Below are positions 63,186 through 64,000 of a stretch of 64,000 nucleotides of DNA, one piece after another (position 1 is the first letter of the stretch; every line of letters begins with the position of its first letter). The stretch lies in IMG/VR virus record IMGVR_UViG_3300027805_000006; one strand, written 5' to 3'. Origin of the DNA: a virus (lineage: Duplodnaviria > Caudoviricetes). The notes beneath the pieces are model-generated. The model was not told the DNA's origin. It was given only the letters and a program-made list of their open reading frames with translations, and searched no databases. Made by a program: the position numbers and the translations under genes.

Positions 63186-64000
63186 TTATTCCTTCACCTG
63201 CATTAGAAACTTATTAGAAATGCTCTTGAAACTGAACTCACCGTCCATTCTCTTGAATACTAGCCCTTCTCTCATAGGGTTGTTTAGGCTGCTGCCATCA
63301 GCAAAAGATAGAAGACCTTCTATCGAAGAAATTCCAAGGGCTTCAAGCGTTATGTCTCGAGTGACAATTGGCACGTGCTGGACTAATTCATTACGAACGC
63401 CAAGTGAAAGCATCCTCGAAATAAATTCCTCTCGTTCTAGAGGTGTGAAGTATCTACTAGCATCAAGGTCCTGCACATCAAAGATGAAGAGCCGATGACC
63501 CTTTAACTTTTCTCGATTTCCTTGAATTCCTTCTCCACAAAGTTCGCCCTGAATAGCGACATTCCCAAGTTGGGGCAGTACCTTCTCAAGACCACTTTCA
63601 ATGAGCAACTTTACAAAGGTGTTTTCTGAATTTTCTTCACTTACCTTAAGTTGAAGATTACGGCTGCAAACCCCAATCTCACCATCTCGATGGAAGAACG
63701 TGGCGCTTGAGCCATCCAACTTTATGGTAACTTCGTAAGCGCTGCCCTTATTTTCCAAGAAGATTGTGTCCTTGAGATTTTGACAGCGCTCTTGATCAGT
63801 CTTGCGGATAAACGAAGGGAACAGGCCCTTCACTTGACCTTCTAGGTGAGCAGGCACCGGTGCTTCCCACTTCTGAATACCCAGCAGGTCACCAATGTCG
63901 CGTCCTTCTTGGATGTCAATCGGTTCAATTTTTCCATATACAGCACTAATTGGAATTAGCAAACCCTGTGATACCTGACCCCGCAACTTGGCGGTACGCA
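63186..64000 (-). CDS. RNA ligase (Rnl2/DRB0094-type), 5' end outside the window
   Basis: LRGQVSQGL, nucleotidyltransferase motif I TIKLDGSS, QGELCG, FDV, EGLVFK, FKSISN. Confidence 0.88.
   Translation of the reverse strand, partial: RTAKLRGQVSQGLLIPISAVYGKIEPIDIQEGRDIGDLLGIQKWEAPVPAHLEGQVKGLFPSFIRKTDQERCQNLKDTIFLENKGSAYEVTIKLDGSSATFFHRDGEIGVCSRNLQLKVSEENSENTFVKLLIESGLEKVLPQLGNVAIQGELCGEGIQGNREKLKGHRLFIFDVQDLDASRYFTPLEREEFISRMLSLGVRNELVQHVPIVTRDITLEALGISSIEGLLSFADGSSLNNPMREGLVFKRMDGEFSFKSISNKFLMQVKE

Noticed and set aside
1-64000. Amber (TAG) recoding suggested by the CUA tRNA fragment
   Set aside because: Conserved enzymes are full-length in code 11 with no in-frame TAG, and TAG serves as a normal stop (e.g. 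1913-2686 and 9927-10616)

Overview
The window is a gene-dense, AT-rich segment of a large (jumbo-type, T4-like/myovirus-style) bacteriophage genome. Almost everything is on the minus strand and reads cleanly in genetic code 11. The host is probably a betaproteobacterium, inferred from the ErpA, AhpC/AhpD and PstS sequence types. Contents: (i) host-like auxiliary genes (erpA, hsp20 with a ROSE-like leader, cca, a metacaspase, an S11 D-Ala-D-Ala peptidase, ahpC/ahpD, a CDGSH protein, a D-amino-acid dehydrogenase, pstS, an RNA ligase); (ii) an 8-gene glycosylation cluster plus a separate PgaC/PgaA-like synthase and outer-membrane barrel pair; (iii) virion/tail-fibre and head-type proteins behind TAAATA late-promoter motifs; (iv) a dispersed array of about 18 tRNA genes, several with abnormal architecture, plus tRNA halves. 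The most unusual signals are non-coding: a circularly permuted two-piece tmRNA, an unassigned ~250-nt highly structured RNA with three repeated A..CGUAA hairpins (the same hairpin recurs in the tmRNA intervening segment), complementary tRNA halves (CUA at the anticodon position) flanking a nuclease fragment and a nested tRNA, and a triple 25-bp palindromic repeat. All family assignments come from motif recognition by eye; no searches were run.
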